A stretch of DNA of 64,000 nt from an uncultured Actinomycetaceae bacterium (GTDB lineage Bacteria > Actinomycetota > Actinomycetes > Actinomycetales > Actinomycetaceae). Shown piece after piece: positions 7,371 through 17,533 of this stretch. Position numbers and translations under genes: made by a program. The notes under the pieces were generated by a model. It did no database searches. It was not told the origin of the DNA and saw only the letters and a program-made list of their open reading frames with translations. Location: assembly GCA_965120455.1 (NCBI GenBank), contig CBCPNB010000019.1, positions 2,060 to 66,059 on the forward strand, written 5' to 3'. Each line of letters begins with the position of its first letter. Position 1 is the stretch's first letter.

Positions 7371-7814
7371 CTATCTGGGATCGGATGCACTAGTATCCTT
7401 TGTAGTAGCAGTTTTAGTGCTAGTACCTTTCCTGTGCGTTGAATCTGCTATCTGTTCGGCGGCCGCACCATGAGCTGCGGCCGCTTTGGTGGCGCGCTTG
7501 CGCTCACTCTTCAAAATAAATACATGCATATTTGAAAACATGTACCACAAGCCGAAAATGCCCATAACTAAAATCAACAAAATAGATAACCACACCGGCG
7601 TCCATGCTTGAGCGGCAAGCACCACGTATAAGACAATCGAAACCACTAAACCTACTAACGCAACGACGTGTGTGCGCTGAGTGGTAGAAGCTTCCTGCAA
7701 CAATTCCTTAGAAACACCAGGTGGAGTAGTCGTCTTAATAGAATCAGTAGGGTCAGCGGAATCAGCGGACTCAATAGAATCTGCAGAAGTAACACTCTCA
7801 CACGAACTATCCAT
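7371..7814 (-). CDS. Small membrane protein, two predicted TM helices (147 aa)
   Basis: It has an acidic Ser/Asp-rich N-terminus, hydrophobic segments VVALVGLVVSIVLYVVLAA and VWLSILLILVMGIFGLWYMF, and a basic C-terminus. Confidence 0.6.
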   Translation of the reverse strand: MDSSCESVTSADSIESADSADPTDSIKTTTPPGVSKELLQEASTTQRTHVVALVGLVVSIVLYVVLAAQAWTPVWLSILLILVMGIFGLWYMFSNMHVFILKSERKRATKAAAAHGAAAEQIADSTHRKGTSTKTATTKDTSASDPR

Positions 7815-8158
7815 AAAATCAGACTAGACCAAGCATGAAGATTTCCCCAGCAATCGTTCAAAGAACAAAATTGCTCGATCACCTAGGAAAGTAGAAAATA
7901 CCTTCGCTCTCATCCTAGTCTTAAATGTAGACTTCTCGAAACCCAAAGACGCAGAGAATACTCGCTGCCACACAGAGACATAGAGTGGGAGCAAGTTATC
8001 CACTAGTGCACACTCGCCCACCGTCATTCATAGAAACATCTCGCTCACAAATAAATTAACTAGCGTCGATTCACCAACTTCAGTTCGCTCAAAACTAGTA
8101 GACGCCAGTAACAACTTGAATCATCGTGGGTGAGTCACTGCAAGATCAACTAGCACCC

Positions 8159-9439
8159 TCAGCTAACACCAGGAGAAACCAAATTGACCTCCCCTAGGTC
8201 CGACAAAATTTCGACATCCTGAGCCAAGTAGTTGGCTCCAACCAGGCGAACTTGCGTATCTTCACTAGCAAATAATTGCAAATCCAAAGCAATCACCTGA
8301 TTAGCCAACTCAGACGCATCCGTTGAATTGGCTTCGCAACGCAAATTACGCAGATCACTCACCCCCGCATCAACCCAAAAACTAGCGCGCTGTTGAACCA
8401 AAATCACCAAACTAGACACCGCCGAACTAGAAACGCCACCCTCGACCGCTTGCTGGAAAGAGCCAGCTACACAATCCAACTGCAATAACACTTCTGCAAT
8501 CAGTTGAGTGTCCTCTTCCGACAAATCTAATTCAGCAGTATCAGGTAGAGTAATCTCCCCACTCGAATTCGTCTCACTGGTAGTGCTCGTACTACTGCCT
8601 GTGCCACTGTCCGCACTCGTACTATCACTAGCAGCATCACTTGCCTCATTGCCACTGTCTGTTTCGGTGGAATCTGTCGATTCGGACTCCGCTTGTGCTG
8701 CCTCCGTCAACGCTTGAACCAGCTCGGAGCGCATCTCCTCTGTCACCGCAGTGGCAGTCGCCTCCTCCGGCAGCTCCTGGACTGCCTGCAACAAATCCAC
8801 CCCGTAAGCTGCAGCTAACTCAAAAGCTGCACTAATGCGCCCAGCCAAAATTGACCCATAGGTGGTCAGCTGAGCAGCTTCAATCTCCGAAACCTCACTG
8901 GCTGCCTGTAATTGCTCGATGGACGTGGCATACATGTAAGCAGCTAAACCCGCAGGCGTATAGGGAGCTTCACCTAAATCATCTGGAATTTCCGCCCGGG
9001 AGGTTTGCCCAGACTCATCCGTAAAAATTGCCACCCCATCTTGTATGGACACGGAAACAGAACTTGAACTAGATACTGTTTCTGGCTCCGCTCCTGTCTC
9101 ACCTTCCGTTTCCGCGTTGGTTTCTGTGCTACTCCATGGTTCCCACATTCCTCCCATGGTTTGCAATCGTTCTGCGGCTGCTTCAGCTTGCTCATTCAAC
9201 ACTATTTGACACGTATCACACTCAGTAGCCAAGCTGGCTAATTCACTGGTGCGAATCAAAATAGCTTTCTCGCTGCGAGCAATCGCGTCTCGCACGGACT
9301 CTGACTCACTTAGGGTCGGCAAACTGGCAACGGAACTACAGCCAGTCAATAGCCCAACCAACAGCAAAGCAAGACAAAGTAAACCAACGCCAGTTTTGCT
9401 AACAGCGGGCACCTGGGAATGCAGCTTGTTTGAACTCAC
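8159..9439 (-). CDS. Putative lipoprotein, acidic, with Ser/Thr-rich linker (426 aa)
   Basis: The signal peptide has the lipobox LLTGC (GVGLLCLALLLVGLLTGCSS). Low-complexity SDSTSADSGTGSSTSTTSETNSS lies between two Ala/Glu-rich halves. Confidence 0.75.
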   Translation of the reverse strand: MSSNKLHSQVPAVSKTGVGLLCLALLLVGLLTGCSSVASLPTLSESESVRDAIARSEKAILIRTSELASLATECDTCQIVLNEQAEAAAERLQTMGGMWEPWSSTETNAETEGETGAEPETVSSSSSVSVSIQDGVAIFTDESGQTSRAEIPDDLGEAPYTPAGLAAYMYATSIEQLQAASEVSEIEAAQLTTYGSILAGRISAAFELAAAYGVDLLQAVQELPEEATATAVTEEMRSELVQALTEAAQAESESTDSTETDSGNEASDAASDSTSADSGTGSSTSTTSETNSSGEITLPDTAELDLSEEDTQLIAEVLLQLDCVAGSFQQAVEGGVSSSAVSSLVILVQQRASFWVDAGVSDLRNLRCEANSTDASELANQVIALDLQLFASEDTQVRLVGANYLAQDVEILSDLGEVNLVSPGVS

Positions 9440-9566
9440 CCTGAAATCATTGCACGAAAACTATCTGTTTGCGCTCAGATAGCTCTTCGTGTTTCAGGCA
9501 AACCTCGACCAGATAAACTAGCCTTTATTCCAGAAAAACACTCGCAGGATAACTGTAGGAGAGCCG

Positions 9567-10385
9567 ATGAGTAGACCACGACATCCTCACTTGCCCCGAC
9601 AACAATCGGGAAGGCAGAAACTAGCCAAAGCTAATCCGAGGAATTCGAGCAAAACACCGATAAACCCAAATGAATTACAGGTCAAATTGGATGCATTACA
9701 AACAAAACTACAACTAGAAGCAGATCTTTTACAGTTAGTTATAGAAGATATTCGCGTGCGCTCCAATCCACTGACATTAGAGATCGTAATTGACAAAACT
9801 GAAGGAATCGAACCAGTTGATTTAGAATTGGTCGCCCAATTTTCGCGTATTGCCTCTGCTATACTGGACCACAAAGAAAATGATCCTTTGCCTAAAGCTT
9901 ATCTACTAGAAGTTAGCACACGCGGCGCGGAAGCAGAGTTGACTAATCCTCGTCATTATGCACGCAACCTAGGAAAATTATTGCGTATCAAATTAGAGGA
10001 CGGTACTAAAATCGTTGGCCGTTTGCGTCGAGCGTCAGAAACTGAGTTTCAAATCGAGATAGAGAAAGTCGATGAATCTGCCAAAAAATCTGCAGCGCCA
10101 AACCAGGTAAGAAACTCGAATAACTCGAAAACAGATAAAACAAACATCCTCGAGAAGACGGAGAAAGTAGGTAATGAGAAAAAGAAAGACGATAAAGATG
10201 GAGAAGATATAGGCCGGAGCAACCGGGTAGAAAAGGGTATAGATTGGCAGATAAACTCAGCTGAGACTACTGCTGGTAATATGAGTAATACAACTATAAC
10301 TAATGCCAAGGGAGTACTAACAATTTCGTATGCGAAAGTAGAGAAAGCTCGCCCGCTGATTGAATTGAATTTGTCAGACAGGTAA
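9567..10385 (+). CDS. rimP: Ribosome maturation factor RimP, with N-terminal extension and a ~75-aa low-complexity insertion
   Basis: YLLEVSTRGAEAELTNPRHYARNLGKLLRIKLEDGTKIVGRL matches the RimP core (LEVSSPG-type). It sits directly upstream of nusA. AGGAGAGCCG precedes the ATG. Confidence 0.8.
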   Translation: MSRPRHPHLPRQQSGRQKLAKANPRNSSKTPINPNELQVKLDALQTKLQLEADLLQLVIEDIRVRSNPLTLEIVIDKTEGIEPVDLELVAQFSRIASAILDHKENDPLPKAYLLEVSTRGAEAELTNPRHYARNLGKLLRIKLEDGTKIVGRLRRASETEFQIEIEKVDESAKKSAAPNQVRNSNNSKTDKTNILEKTEKVGNEKKKDDKDGEDIGRSNRVEKGIDWQINSAETTAGNMSNTTITNAKGVLTISYAKVEKARPLIELNLSDR

Positions 10386-10567
10386 ATCTGTGAACTACTT
10401 TACATTGTTTATGGATGGTATGAAAATGTGCTGTTTTTATTTTGTGTATTTCGCATCATATGAAAAACTGAATTGTTCGAATATCATGCATAGCAGCGTG
10501 GTACGAATAAGCTAAACACTGTAAAGGGTGTGAATAGGGAGTACTTGAGCATTAAGGGGATCCCCAA

Positions 10568-11581
10568 ATGGAAATCGACATGTCGGCTTTGCGGTTGGTA
10601 GAACAGGAAAAAGGAATCGCACTAGACACTCTGGTAGATGCCATTGAAGTAGCTTTGCTCAAGGCGTACCACAATTTGCCAGGTGCAATCGAGCGGGCTC
10701 GCATCGAAGTAGATCGAAAAACTGGTCGAGCTAAAGTAATTGCCACCGAAGAAGATGAAGACGGAAATCCCATCGGTGAGTTTGACGACACTCCTGCCAA
10801 TTTTGGGCGCATCGCCACCTCTATGGCGCGTTCAATTATCGCTCAGCGTTTGCGGCAGATCGAAGACACGCGAGTGTTGGGATCTTACGCGGGCAAAGAA
10901 GGCCAAATTGTCACAGGGATCGTTCAGCAGGCTCGAGACCGGCGCACCACCTTGATCCAATTGGATGAACAATTTGAGGCTTTGCTGCCAGATGCCGAAA
11001 AAGTGCCGGGAGAAAAGTATCAGCACGGCGATCGGATTCGCGCTTACGTGGTTTCGGTGGATTCTACCGACCGGGGACCAAAGATCGTGTTGTCGCGTAC
11101 GCATCCTGGATTAGTAGAGGGATTATTTCGCCGTGAAGTCCCCGAAATTTCAGATGGGTTAGTAGAAATCAAGGCCATAGCCCGGGAAGCTGGACATCGC
11201 ACCAAAATTGCCGTTGCCCCAACTCAGCCTGATGTGCGAGCCAAAGGAGCTTGTATTGGTCCTATGGGGGGGCGCGTTCGCAACGTCATGGCAGAATTGG
11301 GCGGCGAAAAAATTGACATTGTGGACTGGTCGGAAGAGTCCGCAAAATTTGTGGCCAACGCACTCTCGCCTGCCAAGGTTACGCGTGTAGTGGTTCACTC
11401 TGAGGCAAATCGGACTGCTACCGCTATTGTGCCAGACTTTCAACTATCGCTGGCAATCGGCAAAGAGGGACAGAATGCTCGGTTGGCCGCCAGATTGACG
11501 GGTTTCCACATCGATATTCACTCTGATACGGACAATTCTGGTGAAGTTGAGATTCCTGACGGAGACCTAAAACAAGAATGA
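10568..11581 (+). CDS. nusA: Transcription termination/antitermination factor NusA
   Basis: The N-terminus reads LRLVEQEKGIALDTLVDAIEVALLKAY. S1 and two KH regions are present (GACIGPMGGRVRNV, AIGKEGQNARLAARLTG). Confidence 0.95.
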   Translation: MEIDMSALRLVEQEKGIALDTLVDAIEVALLKAYHNLPGAIERARIEVDRKTGRAKVIATEEDEDGNPIGEFDDTPANFGRIATSMARSIIAQRLRQIEDTRVLGSYAGKEGQIVTGIVQQARDRRTTLIQLDEQFEALLPDAEKVPGEKYQHGDRIRAYVVSVDSTDRGPKIVLSRTHPGLVEGLFRREVPEISDGLVEIKAIAREAGHRTKIAVAPTQPDVRAKGACIGPMGGRVRNVMAELGGEKIDIVDWSEESAKFVANALSPAKVTRVVVHSEANRTATAIVPDFQLSLAIGKEGQNARLAARLTGFHIDIHSDTDNSGEVEIPDGDLKQE

Positions 11582-11780
11582 ACCCAACCAGAATCCAACA
11601 GAAGCCGATGGGAGTCAATGAGCCGACAGCGGTAATAACCAGAGAACTGGCAAAAAGCGAGCTGATAGCAGAATAACCAGCATTCTTAGTGATAAGTAGT
11701 GATAAGTTGCTCAACATGAACTAGAGGGTTTTGGCGACTTTTGCACTAGACTGAGGCAGGCAGATTCCTTTGAGATCAGG

Positions 11781-12125
11781 TTGCGTGAAACGTTGCCAAA
11801 TCAGGTTGAGTCAAAGAAGCATGTGCCGATTCGCACGTGCGTGGGTTGCGGGCGAAAGAGTGCGCAAAGCTCGTTGATTCGTCTGGTGAAGGCAGATTCT
11901 GGCGTGATCATAGTGGATTTCAATCGAGAATATCCCGGGCGGGGCGCGTGGGTGCATGCTGAAGCTAAGTGTGTCAGAAACGCGGTTAGCCGGGGGCGTT
12001 TGTGGCGAACCCTCAGAGTTCCTGTCAATGCTGGAGTCAAACAGGAATTGTTGAGTGAGTTGTTGCAAGCGAGTGATTTAGACACCCGTGGGGCCTTGGG
12101 TCTCACCGACTATGAAAGCGGGTAG
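11781..12125 (+). CDS. ylxR: YlxR/DUF448 family RNA-binding protein
   Basis: It carries the RTCVGCG motif and occupies the conserved position between nusA and infB. The start is uncertain (TTG 11781 or GTG 11823). Confidence 0.8.
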   Translation: MRETLPNQVESKKHVPIRTCVGCGRKSAQSSLIRLVKADSGVIIVDFNREYPGRGAWVHAEAKCVRNAVSRGRLWRTLRVPVNAGVKQELLSELLQASDLDTRGALGLTDYESG

Positions 12126-12219
12126 GAAGCTGATGGGCACCCGATGAGTTCCCAGCGATGAGCTACCAACCAAGATAAAGCCATCTCCGCCGGTCGGGGA
12201 TGAGCCGGACAGGAGTATT

Positions 12220-15200
12220 GTGGCAAAAATGCGTGTTCACGAGCTCGCCAAAGAGCTCGGAATCACCAGTAAAGACCTGCTAGCACGATTGCGCGAGGCA
12301 GGCGAGTTCGTAAAATCTGCGTCTTCCATGGTGGAAGCCCCTATTGTGCGTAAATTCCGGGAAGAGTTCGGAAAAACGAATAGCTCTCAAGCTGAGGGGG
12401 CAGACACAGAGGCAACAAGGGAAGCGTCAACCAAGAAGACTAGCGCTAAAAGTGGAGCGGCAAAGACCAGCGCGCAGACAAAGGCGAAAGACGCTCAGCC
12501 GGTAGCTACAGATAGTAAAAGTCCTGCTACGACTGTGTCATTAGCTAAGACGAGGACAAGTGTAGATGGAGACCAAAAGGCCGCTGGCAGTGAGGTAAGC
12601 GGCGATAACAGTGCGGCCCCGAACAGCGACCAGACAACGAAGGGCACTTCTGTCTCCGCGCAGGAGACAGCGACACGTAAAGTGGCCAAACCAGGACCAA
12701 AGCCAGGGCCTAAACCCGGCCCTAGGCCGAGTGTGAATCTCGAAGCAAAATCTGCCTTCGATCCGGGGAGCAAGGGCAATGATAAGACAGCCACAGGTGC
12801 TAGTGAGTCGGGTAAAACTGAGAGTAGTTCTGGTATTAGCGCTAAACCTGGGCCTCGTCCTAGTGCCAAGTTAGCTAAAGGCGAAGAAAACACAACGCCT
12901 TCAGCTTCAAAGGGTGAGACTAGTGCTAAACCTGGTCCCAGTGGCTCTAGAGTAACTGCAAAACCTGGAGTTGGCATCAAAAAGCCCGGTAATTTGCGGG
13001 CAGCTTCTGGGAGCGAAGGTAGGTTGGCCCCTCGTCCGGGCGCACGTCCGATTCCTCGGCCACAAGGTCCTCGTCCTGGCAATAATCCGTATGCTTCGAC
13101 GCAAGGAATGCCTCGACCAGGCGGTGCAGGAGGATCTCGTCCAGGAAGACCTGGAGGCCGTGGCGCTGGACAGGGACAAAATACTCGCAATTCTCGCGGT
13201 GCTCGTCCGGGAGCTAATGCGAGTACTGGCACTGACAGAGTAGCTCGTAGTTCGCGTCCAAATCCCGGCATGATGCCAGGGTCAGCTAGTTTTGCTGGTG
13301 CGGATAACCGCCAAAATCGGGGCGGTCGCGGTCGTCCGGTGGGTTCTCGCTCTACTGGTGGGGGGCAAGGCTTTGGCGCCGGGCAGGGCGGTGCGCGCGG
13401 TGGTGCTCGAAACGCAGGTGGTCGGGGTTCCACGCCGGGTGCCTTTGGTCGTGGTGGTGGTTCAAAGAGTCGTTCGCGCAAATCCAAGCGCGTCAAGCGC
13501 CAAGAATACGAGGAGCAGGCGGCACCAGTAATTGGTGGCGTGCAGATTCCTCGTGGCAATGGCGCGGAAGTACGGATTCGCCAGGGGGCTTCTTTGGCGG
13601 ATTTTGCTGAAAAAATTGGTGTAAATCCTGCTGCCTTGGTGACAGTTTTATTCCACTTGGGTGAAATGGCTACCGCCACCCAGTCTTTGGACGAGGACAC
13701 GTTCATGACGCTGGGCGCTGAGCTTGGCTACGAAGTCAAAGTGGTCTCGCCAGAGGATGAAGACCGTGAACTGCTAGAGTCCTTCGACATTGACTTTGAG
13801 GCGGAAGAACTAGAAGATGTGGAGCATCTACAGCCGCGTCCGCCAGTAGTCACCGTCATGGGGCACGTTGATCACGGAAAGACGCGGTTGCTGGATGCAA
13901 TTCGCAAGACTGACGTGGTGGGCAAAGAAGCCGGTGGAATCACCCAGCACATTGGAGCCTACCAGGTGAATGTGCGGATGGAAGACGGGGACAGGGCGAT
14001 CACTTTCATCGATACTCCTGGGCACGAGGCGTTCACGGCCATGCGGGCGCGTGGTGCTAAAGTCACCGACATCGCGGTATTAGTGGTAGCCGCAGATGAC
14101 GGCGTGATGCCCCAAACTGTCGAGGCAATCAACCATGCTCAGGCGGCCGACGTGCCGATCGTGGTGGCGGTCAACAAGATCGATAAAGAGGATGCGAATC
14201 CAGATAAAATCCGGGCTCAACTCACTGAATACGGTTTAGTTGCCGAAGAATACGGCGGTGACGTCATGTTCGTGAACGTGTCAGCTCGCGAAGGCACCGG
14301 GATTCAAGAGTTGCTTGAATCCATCATTTTGACTTCCGATGCAGCATTGTCTTTGGATGCGAATGCTAATGCTGACGCTCGCGGGGTGGCGATTGAAGCC
14401 AACTTGGACAAAGGTCGGGGGGCTGTGGCCACAATGCTGGTGCAGCGCGGGACTTTGCGAGTGGGGGACGCAGTGGTTGTGGGTTCCTCCTATGGTCGCG
14501 TGCGCGCTCTCTTCGACGAAAATGGCAGTGCTTTGGAAGAAGCTGGTCCTTCTCGGCCAGTACAAGTTTTGGGATTGACTTCAGTTCCTCGAGCCGGTGA
14601 CCAATTCTTGGTGGCACCAGACGATCGGACTGCTCGCCAGATAGCGGAGCGCCGGGAAGCGGCAGAACGCCAAGCTCAGTTGGCTAAGCGCCGCCGCCGG
14701 GTGTCTTTGGAAGAGTTGGATAAGGTACTCAAAGCAGGCGAAGTCGACACACTGAACTTGATCATCAAGGGTGACGTCTCCGGTGCGGTAGAGGCGCTGG
14801 AGGATTCGCTGCTGAAACTAGATGTTGGTGAAGAGGTCCAGTTGCGAATCATTCACCGGGGCGTGGGGGCAATTACGCAAAATGACGTGAACTTGGCAAC
14901 CGTCGATAATGCGGTGATCATTGCCTTCAACGTGCGTCCAGCTGAACGCGTCCAGGAATTAGCGGATCAAGAGGGCGTGGAAATCAAGTACTACACGGTA
15001 ATTTATCGCGCACTCGAAGACATAGAATCCGCCATGAAAGGCATGCTCAAACCGATCTTCGAAGAGGTCGACATGGGTAGTGCCGAAATATTGCAGGTTT
15101 TCCGTTCGGGCAAATTTGGCAATATCGCTGGTTGTGTGGTGCGCAAAGGTGAGATTCGCCGTGGAGCGAAGGCACGCCTGGTTCGCGACGGCACAGTGGT

Positions 15201-15357
15201 GAACAATTCGTTGGAGATTGCTTCGCTGCGTCGCGAAAAGGACGATGTGACTGAGGTGCGAGAAGGCTACGAGTGTGGTATCACTTTGGGCTTCAAGGAT
15301 ATTCAAGTTGGCGACCTGATCGAAACCTGGCGAATGCAAGAAATCGTTCGCAACTAG
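12220..15357 (+). CDS. infB: Translation initiation factor IF-2
   Basis: The start is GTG after AGGAG, and the N-terminus is [15 protein letters not shown] Pro/Gly-rich linker contains [13 protein letters not shown]. The GTPase motifs are [13 protein letters not shown] and NKID. Confidence 0.97.
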   Translation: MAKMRVHELAKELGITSKDLLARLREAGEFVKSASSMVEAPIVRKFREEFGKTNSSQAEGADTEATREASTKKTSAKSGAAKTSAQTKAKDAQPVATDSKSPATTVSLAKTRTSVDGDQKAAGSEVSGDNSAAPNSDQTTKGTSVSAQETATRKVAKPGPKPGPKPGPRPSVNLEAKSAFDPGSKGNDKTATGASESGKTESSSGISAKPGPRPSAKLAKGEENTTPSASKGETSAKPGPSGSRVTAKPGVGIKKPGNLRAASGSEGRLAPRPGARPIPRPQGPRPGNNPYASTQGMPRPGGAGGSRPGRPGGRGAGQGQNTRNSRGARPGANASTGTDRVARSSRPNPGMMPGSASFAGADNRQNRGGRGRPVGSRSTGGGQGFGAGQGGARGGARNAGGRGSTPGAFGRGGGSKSRSRKSKRVKRQEYEEQAAPVIGGVQIPRGNGAEVRIRQGASLADFAEKIGVNPAALVTVLFHLGEMATATQSLDEDTFMTLGAELGYEVKVVSPEDEDRELLESFDIDFEAEELEDVEHLQPRPPVVTVMGHVDHGKTRLLDAIRKTDVVGKEAGGITQHIGAYQVNVRMEDGDRAITFIDTPGHEAFTAMRARGAKVTDIAVLVVAADDGVMPQTVEAINHAQAADVPIVVAVNKIDKEDANPDKIRAQLTEYGLVAEEYGGDVMFVNVSAREGTGIQELLESIILTSDAALSLDANANADARGVAIEANLDKGRGAVATMLVQRGTLRVGDAVVVGSSYGRVRALFDENGSALEEAGPSRPVQVLGLTSVPRAGDQFLVAPDDRTARQIAERREAAERQAQLAKRRRRVSLEELDKVLKAGEVDTLNLIIKGDVSGAVEALEDSLLKLDVGEEVQLRIIHRGVGAITQNDVNLATVDNAVIIAFNVRPAERVQELADQEGVEIKYYTVIYRALEDIESAMKGMLKPIFEEVDMGSAEILQVFRSGKFGNIAGCVVRKGEIRRGAKARLVRDGTVVNNSLEIASLRREKDDVTEVREGYECGITLGFKDIQVGDLIETWRMQEIVRN

Positions 15358-15431
15358 TTGGATCAACCGGGTTAGTTGTCCTAGCTAGGTGAGTATGCGA
15401 ATCGTGGTAAATGGTCTGAAGCGAGTTGAAC

Positions 15432-15902
15432 ATGGCTGATGAAGCAAGAATCCGTCGGATTGCCGAGCGAGCCAGGGCGTCTATTGCCCAGACTTTGGAA
15501 CGCGAAGTCAAGGATCACCGGCTCGGGTTTTTGACGATTACAGATGTTCGCGTGACGGGCGATTTACAGCATGTGACGGTGTTTTACACGGTTTTAGGTG
15601 ACGAGTTAGAGCGCAAGCGTACACGTCGAGCACTAAATTCGGCGCGAGGTTTGTTTCGCTCCCGGATGGGACAGGCCTTAGGCTTGCGTTTGACTCCAAC
15701 TTTGAAGTTCACGGAAGACCATTTGGGCGAGTCAGCTGCCTCACTGGAAAAAGCTTTGCAAAGGGCGCGTTTGCGGGATGCAGAAATTAGTCGGGCTGCT
15801 CAGGGAGCCAAGTATGCTGGTGAAGCTGACCCGTACAGGCGCGACGAGGACAAAGCTGAGGAAAACAGTGATGGCATCCTGGTAGAGACCGAGCTGAATT
15901 GA
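15432..15902 (+). CDS. rbfA: Ribosome-binding factor A
   Basis: MADEARIRRIAERARASIAQTLEREVKDHRLGFLTITDVRVTGDLQHVTVFY. ATG at 15432 is preferred over TTG at 15426. Confidence 0.9.
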   Translation: MADEARIRRIAERARASIAQTLEREVKDHRLGFLTITDVRVTGDLQHVTVFYTVLGDELERKRTRRALNSARGLFRSRMGQALGLRLTPTLKFTEDHLGESAASLEKALQRARLRDAEISRAAQGAKYAGEADPYRRDEDKAEENSDGILVETELN

Positions 15903-15923
15903 GTTAAAGCTTGAGGATGCCAA

Positions 15924-17135
15924 GTGATTGACGGCCTATTGGTGGTGGACAAACCAGCGGGGATAACTAGCCACGACGTGGTGTCTTCGGTGCGTTGGCT
16001 CTCCCGACAAAAGCGGGTGGGACACGCGGGGACGCTAGATCCTGATGCCACTGGCGTGCTGGTCGTGGGACTGGGGCGAGCAACGAAGTTGCTGACCTAT
16101 ATAGTCGGCGATTCAAAAACTTATCGGGCGATGATTCGCCTGGGTGTGCGCACGGTGACAGAGGATGCTAGCGGGAGTTGGATTGACTCCGTGGGCGCAG
16201 TGCTGGGAGTGGACGCTGTTGCACCCTCGGCTGATCACGGTGGGTCTCAGCCTGGGGTTCTGGTTTGTACAGAACAGATTGATCGAGCAATTGCCGCTTT
16301 GACAGGCAAGATTTTACAGGTCCCCTCGAAAGTGTCGGCGATCAAAGTCGGTGGTAAACGCGCTTATGCGCGGCTGCGCAGCGGCGAAGACGTGCAATTA
16401 GCTCCTCGACCAGTGACGATCCACCGTTTTGAGCGCTTATCTAACCCGCAAGCAACCTGGCTGTCTCAGCCAGCTAGCGTGCCCGTGGTTGATTTTGAGG
16501 TTGAAGTTGACTGCTCGTCTGGAACCTACATTCGAGCTTTAGCCCGCGATTTGGGGGAGGCTTTGGGTTGCGGGGCGCATTTGACAAAGCTGAGAAGAAC
16601 TAGGGTGGGGAGTTGGACTCTAGCCGATGCAGTACAACTGCCGGAGCGGATAGTCCAGACAGGTGACTCCACACGACCTGCACTGCCAAAATATTTGTCT
16701 CTCTCCCAGGCTGCGTTGCGAATTTTTCCGCGTGCGATCCTATCCAGGCTGGATTTCGCGAAGTTTCAACACGGAGGGGCTCCGCAAAGTGTACTCGTAA
16801 CCGGTGGGGATAGAGCTACTGGGGCCGCCAAGGCGTGCTCACAGCCAATTTATGCCGCAGTTAGCGAGGAAGCACCTGAAATAGTGGGTGGACTACTATT
16901 ACAGGTAAAATCTGGATCGAATAAATCAGATGGAGCAGATAAGCCAAATACCGGAGAGCAACAGGAAGAGAAAATTGGTGCAAACAAAGTTTTGTGCGCA
17001 AACGAATTCCTGCATTCAAGTCAAGCTCTGTCGGAGAAAACGGATTCAAAGGCAGACACAGATGATGAATGCCACGAGGGTTTTGAGCCAGTAGGTGAAC
17101 GCTCACAGTGGAAAGTATTGACGGTTTTTGCTTGA
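15924..17135 (+). CDS. truB: tRNA pseudouridine-55 synthase TruB with ~100-aa C-terminal extension
   Basis: GLLVVDKPAGITSHDVV and the GHAGTLDP catalytic Asp motif are present. It follows rbfA as in the conserved synteny. Confidence 0.93.
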   Translation: MIDGLLVVDKPAGITSHDVVSSVRWLSRQKRVGHAGTLDPDATGVLVVGLGRATKLLTYIVGDSKTYRAMIRLGVRTVTEDASGSWIDSVGAVLGVDAVAPSADHGGSQPGVLVCTEQIDRAIAALTGKILQVPSKVSAIKVGGKRAYARLRSGEDVQLAPRPVTIHRFERLSNPQATWLSQPASVPVVDFEVEVDCSSGTYIRALARDLGEALGCGAHLTKLRRTRVGSWTLADAVQLPERIVQTGDSTRPALPKYLSLSQAALRIFPRAILSRLDFAKFQHGGAPQSVLVTGGDRATGAAKACSQPIYAAVSEEAPEIVGGLLLQVKSGSNKSDGADKPNTGEQQEEKIGANKVLCANEFLHSSQALSEKTDSKADTDDECHEGFEPVGERSQWKVLTVFA

Positions 17136-17182
17136 AGTAACTTAAGGTTGATTGGTGTGTAGAGGAATTTTTGGAGGAAACT

Positions 17183-17533
17183 ATGTCGTGTGGATGCGGT
17201 TGTGCCGCTCACAAGCAGGATAGTGTACAGGGGAGTGAGCAAACTACGGAAATTGATCCGGTCAGTGTTGATTTCAATGAGCAAGGTCAAGAAAAGGCCA
17301 GTGTCGGCTGTGGTTGCGGACAGCGCTCTCACGCTCGCGCTGTTGCCTACTCCACTGGTCACACTAGTGCTCACGCAAATGAGCGCACCAATACCCACGC
17401 TACTAGTAGACACGGCAACGGCTGTTGTGGGCACACCCACGAATCTCATTCTGGGTCTCGCCACCATGATGGAAAAATGTTCAGACAAGAAAATGGCAAC
17501 TTAAATTTGGCGGTTCGGGGCGCTCAGAAATGA
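17183..17533 (+). CDS. Cys/His-rich small protein (116 aa), possible metal-binding protein
   Basis: GGAGGA lies 5 nt upstream of ATG 17183. Its stop overlaps the ribF start (ATGA at 17530-17533). The sequence is MSCGCGCAAHK...GCGCGQRSH...GCCGHTHESHSGSRHH. No known family was recognised. Confidence 0.5.
   Translation: MSCGCGCAAHKQDSVQGSEQTTEIDPVSVDFNEQGQEKASVGCGCGQRSHARAVAYSTGHTSAHANERTNTHATSRHGNGCCGHTHESHSGSRHHDGKMFRQENGNLNLAVRGAQK

Noticed and set aside
11424-11717. 97-aa minus-strand ORF whose first ~50 residues look like a small hydrophobic membrane peptide, in the nusA-ylxR spacer.
   Set aside because: It overlaps the nusA 3' end by about 157 nt, lies antisense within a conserved operon, and has no RBS.
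12495-13706. 403-aa antisense ORF inside infB.
   Set aside because: It is the mirror image of the Pro/Gly/Arg-rich IF-2 linker. This is a low-complexity, GC-rich-repeat artefact, and the sense strand is unambiguously infB.
17021-17504. Alternative frames overlapping the Cys/His-rich ORF (17190-17504 plus strand, 17021-17488 minus strand).
   Set aside because: Neither has an RBS or couples to neighbouring genes. The 17183 frame has GGAGGA and an ATGA overlap with ribF. The choice still needs comparative confirmation.
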